Made by a program: the position numbers and the translations under genes. Below are positions 48,847-61,526 of a DNA stretch of 64,000 bases, one piece after another. Under the pieces are notes generated by a model that did not search any database, had not been told where the DNA came from, and saw nothing but the letters and a program-made list of their open reading frames with translations. The stretch's first letter is position 1, and each line of letters starts with the position of its first letter. The stretch is from Parasitella parasitica NRRL 2501 (lineage: Eukaryota > Fungi > Mucoromycota), in the NCBI GenBank assembly GCA_025201805.1, contig MU619270.1:166257-230256 (forward strand). The letters run 5' to 3'.

Positions 48847-51800
48847 TTAAGGCTTGATGCCTAAATTTAACTTGATGCCCATACTCATTAATTCAGTTGT
48901 CAGATATCTAAATACATATGGGATTGCGATTAAATCAATGCCCTTTGCTGTGTTACAAGTTCTGCATTCATAAGTACGACGATTGCCTAAAGTCGAAACA
49001 ATCTTTGTACAGATGGGTGATGCTAGTGATCCACAGAGACGACAGACGTAAGCTTGAGAATAATCTGAGCAGTTCATCAGACGGTCTTGGAGCAAAAAGC
49101 TTGTACCATGAGCAAGCAGGGAATCACGCTCCATCTCACCAAAACGAATACCACCATGTCTCTTACGGCCCTTGACAGGCTGCATTGTAAGGTTATGCAC
49201 AGGACCCGTTGTGCGCACTTGAAACTTGTCGTTGACCATGTGTCTAAGACGTTGATAATAAACAACCTACACAACACGTCAGTACTTCCTAACAAAAATC
49301 AAGCAATAAAACTACTTACGCCTATGTATATGTCCATCTTCATTTCCTCACCAGTGATGCCAGAGTACATGGCTTCGTTACCATGGTAGTTGTAACCTGC
49401 CTTTAGTAGCTGCTCACCAAAGTAGTCTGCCGCGGTGTTTTGTTCATTGAATTTGAAAGGAGTACTGTCTTGAGCAATACCATGAAGCGCACCAGCTTTA
49501 CCAGCAATGCTCTCGACAAACATGCCAATCGTCATACGAGATGGGAAAGCGTGAGGGTTGATGATAACATCAGGCTGCATGCCAGATTCAGTGAATGGCA
49601 TATCAATAGCAGGATACTTTTGAGAACAAACACCCTTTTGACCGTGGCGAGACGAGAACTTGTCACCAATAACAGGAGAACGAGTGATACGAAGTTTAAT
49701 GTGCACCTTTTGAAGTTCGCCAGTGCCGGAATCATCTCCCAAGACACGAACCTCATCAACATAAGCGTCTTCAGGACCCTTGTACTTTTTAATGATGTTT
49801 TTACCAGTAGACTCGTCAATATATGAACATAGGGGATCATCAGCGACCAAATGGGCACCAATGTGAGGGAGGCCATCATCACCGATCTTGTTACGATACT
49901 TCTTACCCTTGACAGGGTCAAGGCCGAAGCGGTAAGTGACAGGTTCACCGCGAGCACGGTATGAACTGAGATCAACTGTTTCTGCCTTGTAGACAGTACC
50001 ATAACCAAAACCACGCTCATGAGCAGACTTGTTCAAAATCATAGCATCCTCCATATCATAACCAGTGTAAGAAATAACAGCGACGATGGCATTGTTGCCC
50101 TGTGGCCAGCCATCCAAACCGTAGTGGTTGTAAAGCTCGGTTCTAACAACAGGAGTTTGACCATTTTGAATACGATACATTTTGTTATCGGTACGATGGT
50201 TCAACACAGTGGAGGGAGTGCCCATAGTTTGCTTACCCATCTGACACTGATACATGTTACGAGGAGATTGATTGAAATCAGAGAAGGGTGTTTGGTTGGC
50301 AATGATACTGAGAATATTGGTAGGTGTGAATTCTTGATGTGTGGTGACACCAGGAACAACTTCATCATCCATACAAGCAATGTCCATGTAAACTTGTTCA
50401 AAGGTGCCGATCATATCGGTTTTGCCGTTGCCCAGGTACTTGACGGGACGCATCATACGCGCAGGGCTGGAAAACAGATACAGACCAGGATATTCACCAC
50501 CATAGGACTTGGGCACATAGGCAATTTCCAAATCTAAGGGAATGCCGTGCTCACGGTTCACTCTCCACACCTTCAAACTATCTGCTGCCTTGACAGCAGT
50601 GGCAGGGGTACACCAGCCGACAATCTTACCATCCAACATGACAACGACATCTCCAGGACGATTGATGGTATGAAGAAAATTCTGAGAAACGCCAAGAGCA
50701 GCAAGCAAACGTGGCACAGTCTTTGTATCAAGCGGCTCGTTGATAACCTTACATTTGTGAGCCAGATGGTTCAAAAGACCACAAGGGGAACCATCAGGAG
50801 TGTGGACAGGACAGAGGAAACCCCAACCTTCAGGAAGCAACTTACGCACAGAAGTAGTTTTCAATTCAGCAAAGAAAGCACCACGATGGATACAGCGGAA
50901 ATGTGCCAAGTAACGGAAGAAGTTTAATTTTTCCGCAACAATAGTAAAACCAGAGAACTGTTGCAAATCCAAGCCTGTCTTACTGACAAGATTACCAGTA
51001 GCCAAAAAGTACGACATTTTGATACCAATATCGGCATTTACTTTACGATAAGCATTTTGGAAGTAAGTGTCTAGAGAAAGGCTATAAGTATACTGTTCTT
51101 AAACAAAAAAAAAACACCACTACAGAAACTCACTGTTAAAGAAATCAACTCTGGATGGATTCAATCTGATATCGTTACGGATCTGCATCTTGATACCGGT
51201 GAGCCAGTCGAAAATCTTTTCCTTCATGATCATCGTGTAGAGATGGCCACCCAAGAGGACTTCTTGGTGTTGGGGAGCATCTGGGTTGTCAGCACCGCAT
51301 TCGCCGGAGACAACAGAGTAAAGCTTGCGGATCATAAAAGCTAGCAGGCTGAATTTATCACGGTTGTCGTCCATGTGAACAAAGACAAGCTTTCGCAACA
51401 GCTCTTCGCCGATTTGCTGGTCAGTTAAATCCTCATCGAGACCCATAGTTACCCTAAACTTTTCACCAATGTAGCTCAAGCATTGTTCACGAGTGTAAAG
51501 AGAGTAGATTTTGAATGATCTCAGTAGCAATTCGATACGGTCAGTCAAAAAGGTGTTTTGCAAATCGCCTTGACACAGGGCATCAAAGATTTCTTTATCA
51601 GACGTATCTACCAGAGCCTTGAAAACCAACATGGCAGGTAAAAGATACTCTTGCTTACGCCAAGCGAAACGGAACATGACATTGCCGTCTTTCAAGTAGT
51701 GAATAGTGTTGGTCAAGGTAGTTTGGTCACGGCGAGCACAGCGAATCGCACAGCCAAAGGTAGAGTAAGTAGGGCCACGGTTTTGGAAAGAGTTACGGAT

Positions 51801-52415
51801 AATGGCAGTAACATGGTTGCGACGAGGCACAATCAAAAGACGTACCAACTTTTCGATACCATTGACAACGAAGTAACCACCCATTTCCTCGGATTCTTCG
51901 TGGTGAGCAATCAACTCCTTGGGATACATGCCGGCAAGATTACAGCGATTAGAGCGGACCATGATGGGCACCAAACCGAGATCACGCATGTCAGACTGCA
52001 CAGGGCCGTTGTTTACTCTCCAGCAAAGCTTACCTTGAAGTCTGCCACGATACGTATTGAGACGCTCACGACACTCGGAAGGATAGGTTCGTCTCTTGAG
52101 AGTGATACTGTCACGCTCGCTTACCATAGGCTGGTGTAGTTTGACATCTTCAAGCCAATACGTCAACTTGTTGCCCAATGTGATGCCTGACGGATCGAGA
52201 TTGATGTTATTGTCAGCGTTATCAAAGACTGACATGGTGCCAATATCCTTGATGGCAAACTCCAACAAGCCTTGACCACCTTGGCCAAATTCAGAAATGC
52301 TGTTGAAGGCTTCAATGTGAGGTGCAACTACTTCTTGTAAAGCGGGTGTTCCAAATTTCTCGTTAGAGGGATTACGGAACATCAGTTCTCGTTCAACCGT
52401 ATTGTATTTCGACAT
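48847..52415 (-). CDS. RPA135: RNA polymerase I second-largest subunit
   Basis: [89 protein letters not shown]-terminal Zn ribbon. 3 exons. Confidence 0.97.
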
Positions 52416-52682
52416 GTTTAGCTGTTGATCTTTTTTTCTTTCCTTCTTTTTTTTTTGTGAACCAAACCCTGTATCTATATATCTTTAACTATGATTTGAG
52501 ACTGTAAAGAGACCTAAGGATTTGAAATTGATAAAATTCTTTCAACAAGAAAAAAAAAAAAGTGACCTTGGATATTCCATGTCACGAACACCATGTCCCT
52601 TAAGAAATGACAGATCCCAACAATAGAATTGACACATTCACATTATGGCAAAAAAAAAAAAAAAAAAGGAGGGATGTATTTA

Positions 52683-54729
52683 TTACTGTGTTTGCTGGTT
52701 TTGTAGTTGCTGCTGCTGCTGCTGTTGTTGTTGAAGTCTCTGCATCATCATCATGACATTGGAATAATTATTGGGATCCTCGCTACTGCTCATACCTTGT
52801 TGTTGCTGATTGTACATGTTATTCATTATGGCGGCTGGATTCATCATCATCGAATTGGGGTTCATCATGCCGCCAGCAGCCAACATTTCATTTGGGTTCA
52901 TTTGCTGAGGTTGTTGTTGCATACTAGGAGAGTCTATATTCTGCTGTAGAGGGCTGAATCCAGTGTTATTTGTAGTAGGTGACGAAGAAGACATGTTCAA
53001 GCCCATACTGCCCATCATTTGCTGCTGTCTCATCTGTTGTTGTTGCTGTTGCATCAAATTCTGCGTATGCTGTGCTTGTCTCAACATTGACTGAGGATCG
53101 ATATTGGGATTGGGTGGCATTCCGTTACGATTGGCATTATTCATTGGAGTGTTGGAATTGGTGGGCGTGCTAACATTGCTGCTATTGGCACTAGATTTGC
53201 CACTGTTTCTTAAGAATTGCTGCTGCTGTTGTTGGCGCATGGCGGCAGCTTGCTGGCGAAGCAACTGCTGCTGTTGCATTTGCAGTTGTTGCTGCTGTGT
53301 AGGAGCACCACGCATAGATGGAGGCGATATTTGCTGCTGCTGTTGTTGTTGCTGTGGAGATAACTGCTGTGCAGATTGTTGTTGTCCAGGCAGTTGCTGT
53401 TGAGAAGAGGCTGGGAAAGGAGATTCTGATTTCTTACGCTGGTTTATATCGTGCACATTGAATAATCCTTGTGCTGTACTCAGCATTTCCTGGATTTTCT
53501 TTCCAATTTCTGATTTTGGTGGAGGCAGAGGCGAAAGATCGGGTGGAGATGGTGTTTTATAATCCTAATGCAGAATTAGATGCATTCATTATTGTCGACT
53601 TGTAAAAGATGACTAACCTCTCCAGGCTTGACCATGGATATATCTGCCATTGTGGCGAGATATGTCAAATTTGACTGAAGCTTGGCTTGATATCTATATC
53701 AGCGATGGCGGTGAGAAAATGACTCACGGCGCTTATCTGCTACTTACAGCGGTAGGTTGGGCTCTAGATTAGCCTCAGTGCGTTGGCTCTCAATGCATAG
53801 ACGAATCAACTCGATATTCAGTGCTAAAATCTTGAAGAAAATGCTCCTGTCAATTCGCGCGCAATGTAGGTTGCAAACAGACTACTTACGATTTCTACTC
53901 GCTTTGTGTTTACATCGGTTTCGGTGGTTGTTATGATGTTCGTCGAAGGGGGCAGCATTGTCGTAGGCGATTGGTTAAGCTTATATGAATCAACACTAGA
54001 AGGGCCAGCTGCTATTGTCGGGATAGATGCTTCACCATGGGGCGACAACGAACTAGAAGGTACTGCGGCCATCATAGAAGGCTGTTGTTGCTGTTGAAAT
54101 TGCTGCTGAAATTGCTGCTGCTGAAATTGCTGCTGCTGCATCATATTAAATTGCTGTCTTTGTTGGTCATCCATCCTCTGCTGCGTACCCATGGCTTGTT
54201 GAGGATTCGCTGGTTTATTACCCCATGCTTGCTGTGGCTGTCTGAAAGGCTGCTGCTGCTGTTGTTGTTGTTGTTGTGGTTGCTGCTGCTGTTGCTGTTG
54301 CATCATCTGTTGCTGTAACATTTGCTGCTGGGGGTTAGATATCATCGGGCTTTGTTGCCTTTGCTGAGGACTATTCGTGGCCATGGAAGCAGCCGCTGAT
54401 GACCCTGCTACAGAAAGAGTGGAGCTACTAGGGCTAAAAGGCTGCGACGGGTTGCCACCATACATCTGTCTTTTGGCAATCATGTTGGCCATCAATGCAG
54501 CGTTATTTTGAGGATCAAACTGAGGCTGTTGTTGTTGCTGTTGTTGCTGTTGCTGCTGTGGGCTTAAGCTAGCATTGCTTGCTCCCCCGTCGATCTTTTG
54601 AGGTGAGAAGCCGCCAACAGCAGATTGCATTTCTTGTGGCAGATTGGCCATGAAGTTTTGTTGTGTTTGTCCATAAACATTTTGGATATATGGATTACTC
54701 TGATTACCTGAATTCATGTAAGGATTCAT
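52683..54729 (-). CDS. Gln-rich protein with an SSXT/SNH (SS18/GIF-like) domain
   Basis: Small central exons splice to VEIILALNIELIRLCIESQ...YQAKLQSNLTYLATMAD. Extensive polyQ and QPGM-rich flanks. Confidence 0.72.
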
Positions 54730-55733
54730 CTGCCAAGCGCTGTTTTCGTCTCTTTTTTTTTTATACAATCAATGGTTATTGTCGACTCGTTTTGAAGTCT
54801 TTATATGATGAAAAACTGAAGAAGAGAAGAAAAAGGTTTTTTTTTTTTTTTTTTTCGCTCCTCTCAAGACCAATCATACTAGTATAAAAGGCGCGACATT
54901 TGATGGTTAAAATTTTCGCTCGAAATGTCATTTCACGTGTAAAGTCTTCAGTATTATTATCAGAGCTGTCAGTACTATCAGCGTTATTAGAGACTTTCAG
55001 GCCGATGCTTGAGTTGTAGTTGCTAGCCGCAGTGATTTTTCGAGGGACTCTTGAGATAAATACATCATCTAAAGGAGTATAAAACAAGTCATTATTCCAG
55101 TAGCATTCATATCACTGAGCGGTGATTACCTGTTGAGATAGATTGCATGAGGGTTCAAAACGGTAAATCCATAAGATATGCTGCTAATTTTTGCGGTTCG
55201 TCCCCAAACAGGAGTTTTTACTAATGTGCATTTTTGTTTAATCGTTTACTACTTGCGTTTTTTTAGTATTCGATATTTGCACCACCAGATGCGGCATTAA
55301 ATTCTCAAACAACTCACTTGGGCTTAGAGTACACTTTGCTCTAATTAATTCCAGAGGTATCGATGAAAAAGTGTCCAAACAATTTCAGTACAGGACCTGC
55401 TAATCAAAAATTTCACTTGCGGCGATGAATGGGAATTCATGGATGCTCGATGACCGTATTCATGACACTGCAATTTATTTTTTGCACTAGCTTCTTTTGC
55501 AGCAAATCATGATGAACTCTTGCCGAAAATCTATAGCTTTTGTTTATTGTAATTTTTCAGCGTGTCCTTACAGAAGACAGTTGAACGTATCATATCTTTA
55601 TACCGCTTGCACATAGATTAAGCCTAAAGCAAGCAATGCTCAACATGTAAAAATTATATTTATGTTAATAAAAAGCGCTTGCGCACGATTATCTCAAAAA
55701 AAAACTATTGGAATAACGGAAACTCTATGTGTA

Positions 55734-56371
55734 CTAGTCTAAAGGTGAGCTGAGATGTTCCTCAGCTTGTATCTTGTTAAGCGCACGTTGGAATCTCATT
55801 GAAATGAGGTTCCAATGCACCTTCCAGACCTCGGCAATGGCAGGAGACATTGATGTTGGTAGCGTGGTAGTACCAAAACGAGTTTGAACTAAGCGAGAAT
55901 CTCGTGTGCGAGGAACCATTGGATGATCAAGTTCAGCGTGGTTCCTGGCCAAATGGATGTTCTTCGATAAGCCTTTTATCGAAGAAGGCCAGAAATCGTA
56001 CCCCCACGATCCCTCTCTTCGAATATTTACTGGTTGCGGGCGAGTTCTCTGTGGGTTCCTCGACTTATTTCTTGGCTGCCAAAGGGTGATTCTGCAAGAT
56101 GCCGCTGTTGTCATGGCAACGACTTGTTTGAGTTCTGTTTTTTTCTGTCCCGAATTTGCTGCGTTCCGGCCAAGATGTTGCTTGCTGTATTAGCAGTTGC
56201 TGGGGGAAAAAATTGAAAGCCATCAACTAGAGCTTCATATGAAGTGTAACATTTCTGCTCTGGAAAAGAAGACACAAGGCTACAAGAGTTTAAAGGTCTG
56301 GTCCCCAACATTGCTGATGGCCGAAAGAATTTGGTTTGATGTTGAGTGATTTCCAAGACTTTGTTTTGCAT
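55734..56371 (-). mobile_element. Degenerate non-LTR retrotransposon 3' remnant
   Basis: AIAEVWKVHWN resembles the IWxxHW C-terminal motif of LINE ORF2. Fragmented frames. Confidence 0.45.
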
Positions 56372-56815
56372 TTACAATGGCGAGATATTTGACATTGGTA
56401 ATCTGGTTTGCTCATATACTGGGCAGGTTTTTTTTTTTTTTTGCATGCTCAGATATGCTTTTAAATTTTTTTTTTTATTCCTCCAGGCTCGAACCAGGTT
56501 TGCTTTTTTTGCTCTTATATAATATCTATTTGGTCATAATGTCGACCTGTATAGACAACATCAGGCAATCGTGAAAAGATTTCACATTGAAAGGGCGCAT
56601 GAGTTACAACTACAAAAAACGGGTAAAAGATGAATGGAAAAGGGTTACAGAAAATTGGGATAATATTTTTTCGCTTTGCTTTTTTGTCAATTTTTCTGTT
56701 TTATATCGGGGTAGCCATATTGCTCTTTATCATATAAAAAGACTCTCGGCATCTGGTGTGTTGGAAAAATAAGATCGCTTGGAACCAATTGCAACATTTC
56801 AATCAGCAGTAAACC

Positions 56816-58753
56816 ATGAGCCTAAACAGTGCTATTGAAAAGAGGGAAACAAAAGAGGAATGTGATCCAAAAACTGATATTGATCCTCATAATGAGATAT
56901 TTGAACCACATGAAGAAATTTCAGACGAGTCCGAGCATACTGGTAAAGCCACTCCTTTTGTATACATGCTTGTCATCGCTGTATGCATTGGTGGGTTCTT
57001 GGCAGGTTATGATACCGGTGGTAAGTCAGGTTTTTCCGGTTTACAAATATGTGTGTGTTGCTCATTTGTCTTCACAGTGATTTCGGGTGCTTTGACACTG
57101 CTCCAAGACGAATTCGATATGAGTCACACTGAAAAAGAACTAGTTGTAGGTGGCACTACATTTGGTGCCATTTTTGGTGGCTTCTTTTCTGGACTGGTAG
57201 GTTTAAATGTGTTTTGAGCAGCTGTAAACAAGACCTAACTCTCACCATGTAGCTCTCTGATAGATTTGGAAGAAAGGTTTGTGTGATACTAACAGCAGCA
57301 CAATAGTATACTCATGTCCATATAGATTTTGGTCATTGCATCATCCGTCATCTTTATTGCTGGTGCGTTAATTCTCGCTTTAGCTCCCAACTATGGCGTT
57401 TTACTGTTTGGGAGAGTAGTGGTTGGTCTCGCTGTCGGTATCGCCTCGATGATTGTTCCTGTCTATGTCAGTGAATTGTCTCCCAAGCATCTGCGAGGCC
57501 GGCTAAACACCTTGAATACTCTTGTTCTAACGTTTGGTCAAGTATTTGCTTATGCCATGAACATTGCACTTGCTAAAGTGCCGGATGGATGGCGCTACAT
57601 GTTTGGTATTGCCGGTATCCCTGCTCTCTTTCAATTTTGCGTTATGCCATTCTTACCGGAATCGCCTCGTCGATTGATTGCAGTTGGCAAATTGGACCAG
57701 GCAAGAGGTTCTTACCGTAAAGTATATGGCGATTCTGTAACTGATGTCTTTATCGATAGAGAGATTAAAATGATTGACGATGACATTCATGCCTGTCGAT
57801 CTGGATCATTCAAAGATTTCTTACATAGAGATAACTTCATGCCTTTGATCATTGGTAAGACATACTCAAAAAAGGATTAGATACTCAAAACAGACACTGA
57901 TCTGCTCAATACATGTAGCATGTATCTTACAGGCTGCTCAGCAATTGTCAGGTTTCAATGCTGCCATGTATTACGCAGCTACCATCTTACAAATGGCCGG
58001 TTTTAGAGATACTCAAGGCTCAACTAGCGTCGCTATTATTGTAGCAGCCACCAACATGGTATTCACTGCTGTTGCTATTTCCGTAATCGACAAGTTTGGC
58101 CGTAGAAAGATGCTTCTTATCACCATGTTGGTTATGATCGGTGGTCTGATTGCGCTTGGTGCGACATTTGCGGCACAGCAAGGATTCATCACACAACAAC
58201 CAACCTGTGCTGGCTATGCTTCTCATTGTGCCCGCTGTGTACTTGATGATGCTTGTGGGTGGTCTATATCGCAAGATACCTGTATCGCCACTGCAGGTCA
58301 TCTTGAAGACATTCTTCAAACCTCTACAGGCTGTCCCTCTGAGCCTAAAGATAAGGCCATTACTGCTGTCCTGCTACTCTTTTTGATCATTTACGTCGCC
58401 AGCTATGCTCTTGGCCTTGGTTATATTCCTTGGTTAGCTCAATCTGAAATGTTTTCCATGTCTATTCGTGGTAAAGCAAACGGTGTTGCTACTGCAGTGA
58501 ATTGGATATGTAATCTGATTATTTCCACCTCCTTTTTGTCAATGACGGAAGCAATGACAACGGCTGGCACTTTTTGGTTCTATGCTGGTCTTTCCATTAT
58601 TTTGTGGGCCTTTTTGCTCAAGTTAATGCCAGAGGTAAGTTGTATAAGCAGCGTTTATTTCAAAATTTACTTAATCATTTATTTATTTATTTTTTTGTAT
58701 AGACATCTGGAAAAACACTCGAAGAGATTCACGAGTATTTTCTTAAAATTTAG
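56816..58753 (+). CDS. MFS sugar porter, myo-inositol transporter (Itr/HMIT-like)
   Basis: GGFLAGYDTGVISGAL, DRFGRK, PVYVSELSP, PESPR, QQLSGFNAAMYY, DKFGRR, Cys-rich exofacial loop, PETSGKTLEEI. 5 introns. Confidence 0.92.
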
Positions 58754-60094
58754 ATGAAAAAAGTAACTCTATTATTATTTCCTTTCTGTACCTAATAGCT
58801 AATTTAATATCTTTTGTCCTTTCAATAAACTAATCGAATTTGTAATACATGACACAGTGCAAAACATTGCTTGATCGAGCCTCCATCAATGTATTATGCT
58901 AATGTGTTTCAGTAGACATATAATACCAAGGCATTTAAATGGATAAACCCGGCACTCAGTATCGTATTTTCTGTAAGCTGCTCGGTTGGAGGGTCGAATC
59001 TTTAATGTGAAAGGAACTAATAATAGCGGATCAATCTTAAATAATAGGTGAAAATACCAACAAATACGTTAACGCGTTTATGGAGCTTTTACAAAGTTGC
59101 TGCATGTCTAATTAAACTACCTAATATTTGTTTCAGGCCAAATTGGTTATGTAGTCATCACCTCCATTCTATTCTACCAAAATTTGTCGTTTTATTATGT
59201 ATGGTTCCAAAGGAGAACAAAGCTAAATACTCATTTGTTTCAGCCGTTAATTTCATCTTTTATTATATGTCTATTCTGTATCTTCTAGTTCATTGCACAT
59301 AGAGTATAGTTTAGTACACATGGTAACAAGTCTGTTGCTGTTATGAATCGGAACAGCACAGATAGCGCGATTCTGGCTTTCTGCAAAGGCGATGTAAACG
59401 GATAATATCACATACTCAAAACAAATAAAATGGTAATGTTTCTCTTGAGAAAGACATGCAGGCAGTAATCTCATGATTACGTTTTGCTCGGCATCATTTG
59501 ATTTTAGTGTCAGTGGCATCTATACTTGGTAATAGATCTTTTCAAAATTTTCTAAATGTTAACTTTGTTCAAACACGAAGATATTGCGTTTGACTTTAAG
59601 GCATTCGATTCAAATTGTTATTGTTCGAAAAGATATGAAGAGGGCACTAAATTATTAGACACAAGGACACAATTAATGTAATTTCGTAAGAAAATCATGA
59701 AACATGTAGTTTTGGACTACAGTTTCTAGAACTCTACTTGCATTGTATGATGGTAGAAATTGAGGTGCTCGGAAAGCTTGGTTGAATTTAATAACACAAG
59801 GTAAAACTAACAAAACATCTTTATCTTAATTCCATTCTTTATTTTGTATTATCATATTTAGCGTTAATAACAAGTGCATAGATCATAGAGTCATAAGCGT
59901 GAATAGTGTATGTAAAGCAATTGCATATTTTCATAAGAAAAAATTGTTTGTTGTGGTCAAGCATAGACACATAATTGAAGGGCGCATCATAGAAGAGCAA
60001 TAAATGAAATAAAGTGTAGAGATGAATGTTTCATGGAGCGTTGATCTTTTTCCAGGGCAGAGGCTGTCATGGCCGCTACAGTGAAATGCCTTCC

Positions 60095-60311
60095 TTCTAC
60101 GTGAAAATTAGGTTAGGTACAATATGGATATATAAATGGTAATTTGCAACTTACAGATATTTTGGCTGCAGCGTGGGCACCAACTTTGGTCGAAATGGCA
60201 ACTGTGTGTGAGGCAATAATTCGAGCTTCTGTTTGACAGGGACAAACGTTGGACGAATCCTTGGAACTTTTGGAGTGTTTTGGCAGATAATGTTTCGATA
60301 TTGTTGTTCAT
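60095..60311 (-). CDS. Candidate 52-aa Cys/His microprotein; stop codon completed by splicing
   Basis: TATAAAAG at 60404-11, CT-rich leader, ATG 60311. Canonical 58-nt intron 60097-60154 (GTAAGT, CTAAC, TAG) creates T|AA. CLTHSC...CPRC motif. Confidence 0.55.
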
Positions 60312-60704
60312 TACGGTGTGATTAATAAAATTAAATGAAGACGAGAAGAAGAGAGAGAGAGAAAGGTGTGAAGAAAAAATGTGATCCCAGGCGAAGCAGC
60401 CTTCTTTTATACTTGAAGCATGACAATGATTTATTAGATTAATAACGTTTGTGTGTGTAAATCAATATACAGATGTGCGCTATGAACCGTATCTTTGCAC
60501 GATGGTTTTTTTTTAATTCTATTTTCTGGTTTCATTGTCATTCCGTGCCAAGTTGATTAATTGTAAATGTGTGGTTTCGAGCAATAATTAAAATCTTACA
60601 ATAGCCCCATGGTTTTCATTTTAGTATTTGTAATATATATACATAACATTGTAATCTCAATAATGAAAATAATTCTTAATGCCAACGACAATCAAAACGT
60701 CGAC

Positions 60705-60708
<4 letters not shown>

Positions 60709-60740
<32 letters not shown>
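60709..60740. repeat. Poly(A) tract of about 32 nt
   Basis: Direct observation. Confidence 0.85.
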
Positions 60741-60741
<1 letters not shown>

Positions 60742-61271
60742 CAACAGGGCCGCGTCGATCTCCTCAAGAATCTCGTTGTTTTTCGTTTGAAGCCAGTTTT
60801 GAAATTTTGCGACAAAGAAAAATAAAATTTCTCTTTACGGATAATAAAGACAAGGCTTTTCAGTGTTACACAATGGTGCTTTGATCCCTTTTTGGTTGAT
60901 GTTTACATCTAATAACCACATTGTTTCCCAGACCTAAGTTGATCTTACGATAGATCTAAGTCTGAGAAGATTGAGCCACCACTATTGGTATTATATTGCA
61001 CAGTCGGCTTTCAATCAATGACCGCAGTTAGAATGCATCATGAATCTGTGAATATTCATAGCGTTTACCCAGTGATATCATTACCATAGCGTAAGCTGAC
61101 AAGTACTTAACTATAATAGCTTGACCCGCATTTAAGGATTAGACATTATGTATCATTCTTTCCTATCCCCGACTATATTGTCAAGAAGAGAATGAATAAA
61201 TCTTTTTTTAGTTCGCTTTGTGAGAAATTTACGTTTACTTTTTGGAGAATTTATGTTTTTTTGTTAGTTAT

Positions 61272-61526
61272 TGATTTATCAGATTGAGAAATTATTCAAA
61301 TAAAACAGTTGTGAACTAATTGAGTAAAAGTCTCGTTTATTACATGGGAAATATGATGGTTTAAATGCTAGTGAATCCAATGGACTGATGGGGTTAAGGT
61401 GTAAGTATGAGATATGGTAGGATCTAGAGATAAAAATGGAACATAATCTATTGATGTATGTTCCTGGATCGTGTTCAGTATTGAGTTTACTTGAGTTTGA
61501 CTTCCGGTCGAGAAATTGACAGATCA
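61272..61526 (-). mobile_element. Solo LTR family C (255 bp), TSD GTTAT
   Basis: Plus strand TGATTTATCAG...ACAGATCA. GTTAT at 61267-71 and 61527-31. Same length as 42848-43102 and homologous to 43184-43273. Confidence 0.88.

Noticed and set aside
55130-55210. TGTTGAGAT resembling the LTR-A variant terminus
   Set aside because: There is no further homology and no TSD.
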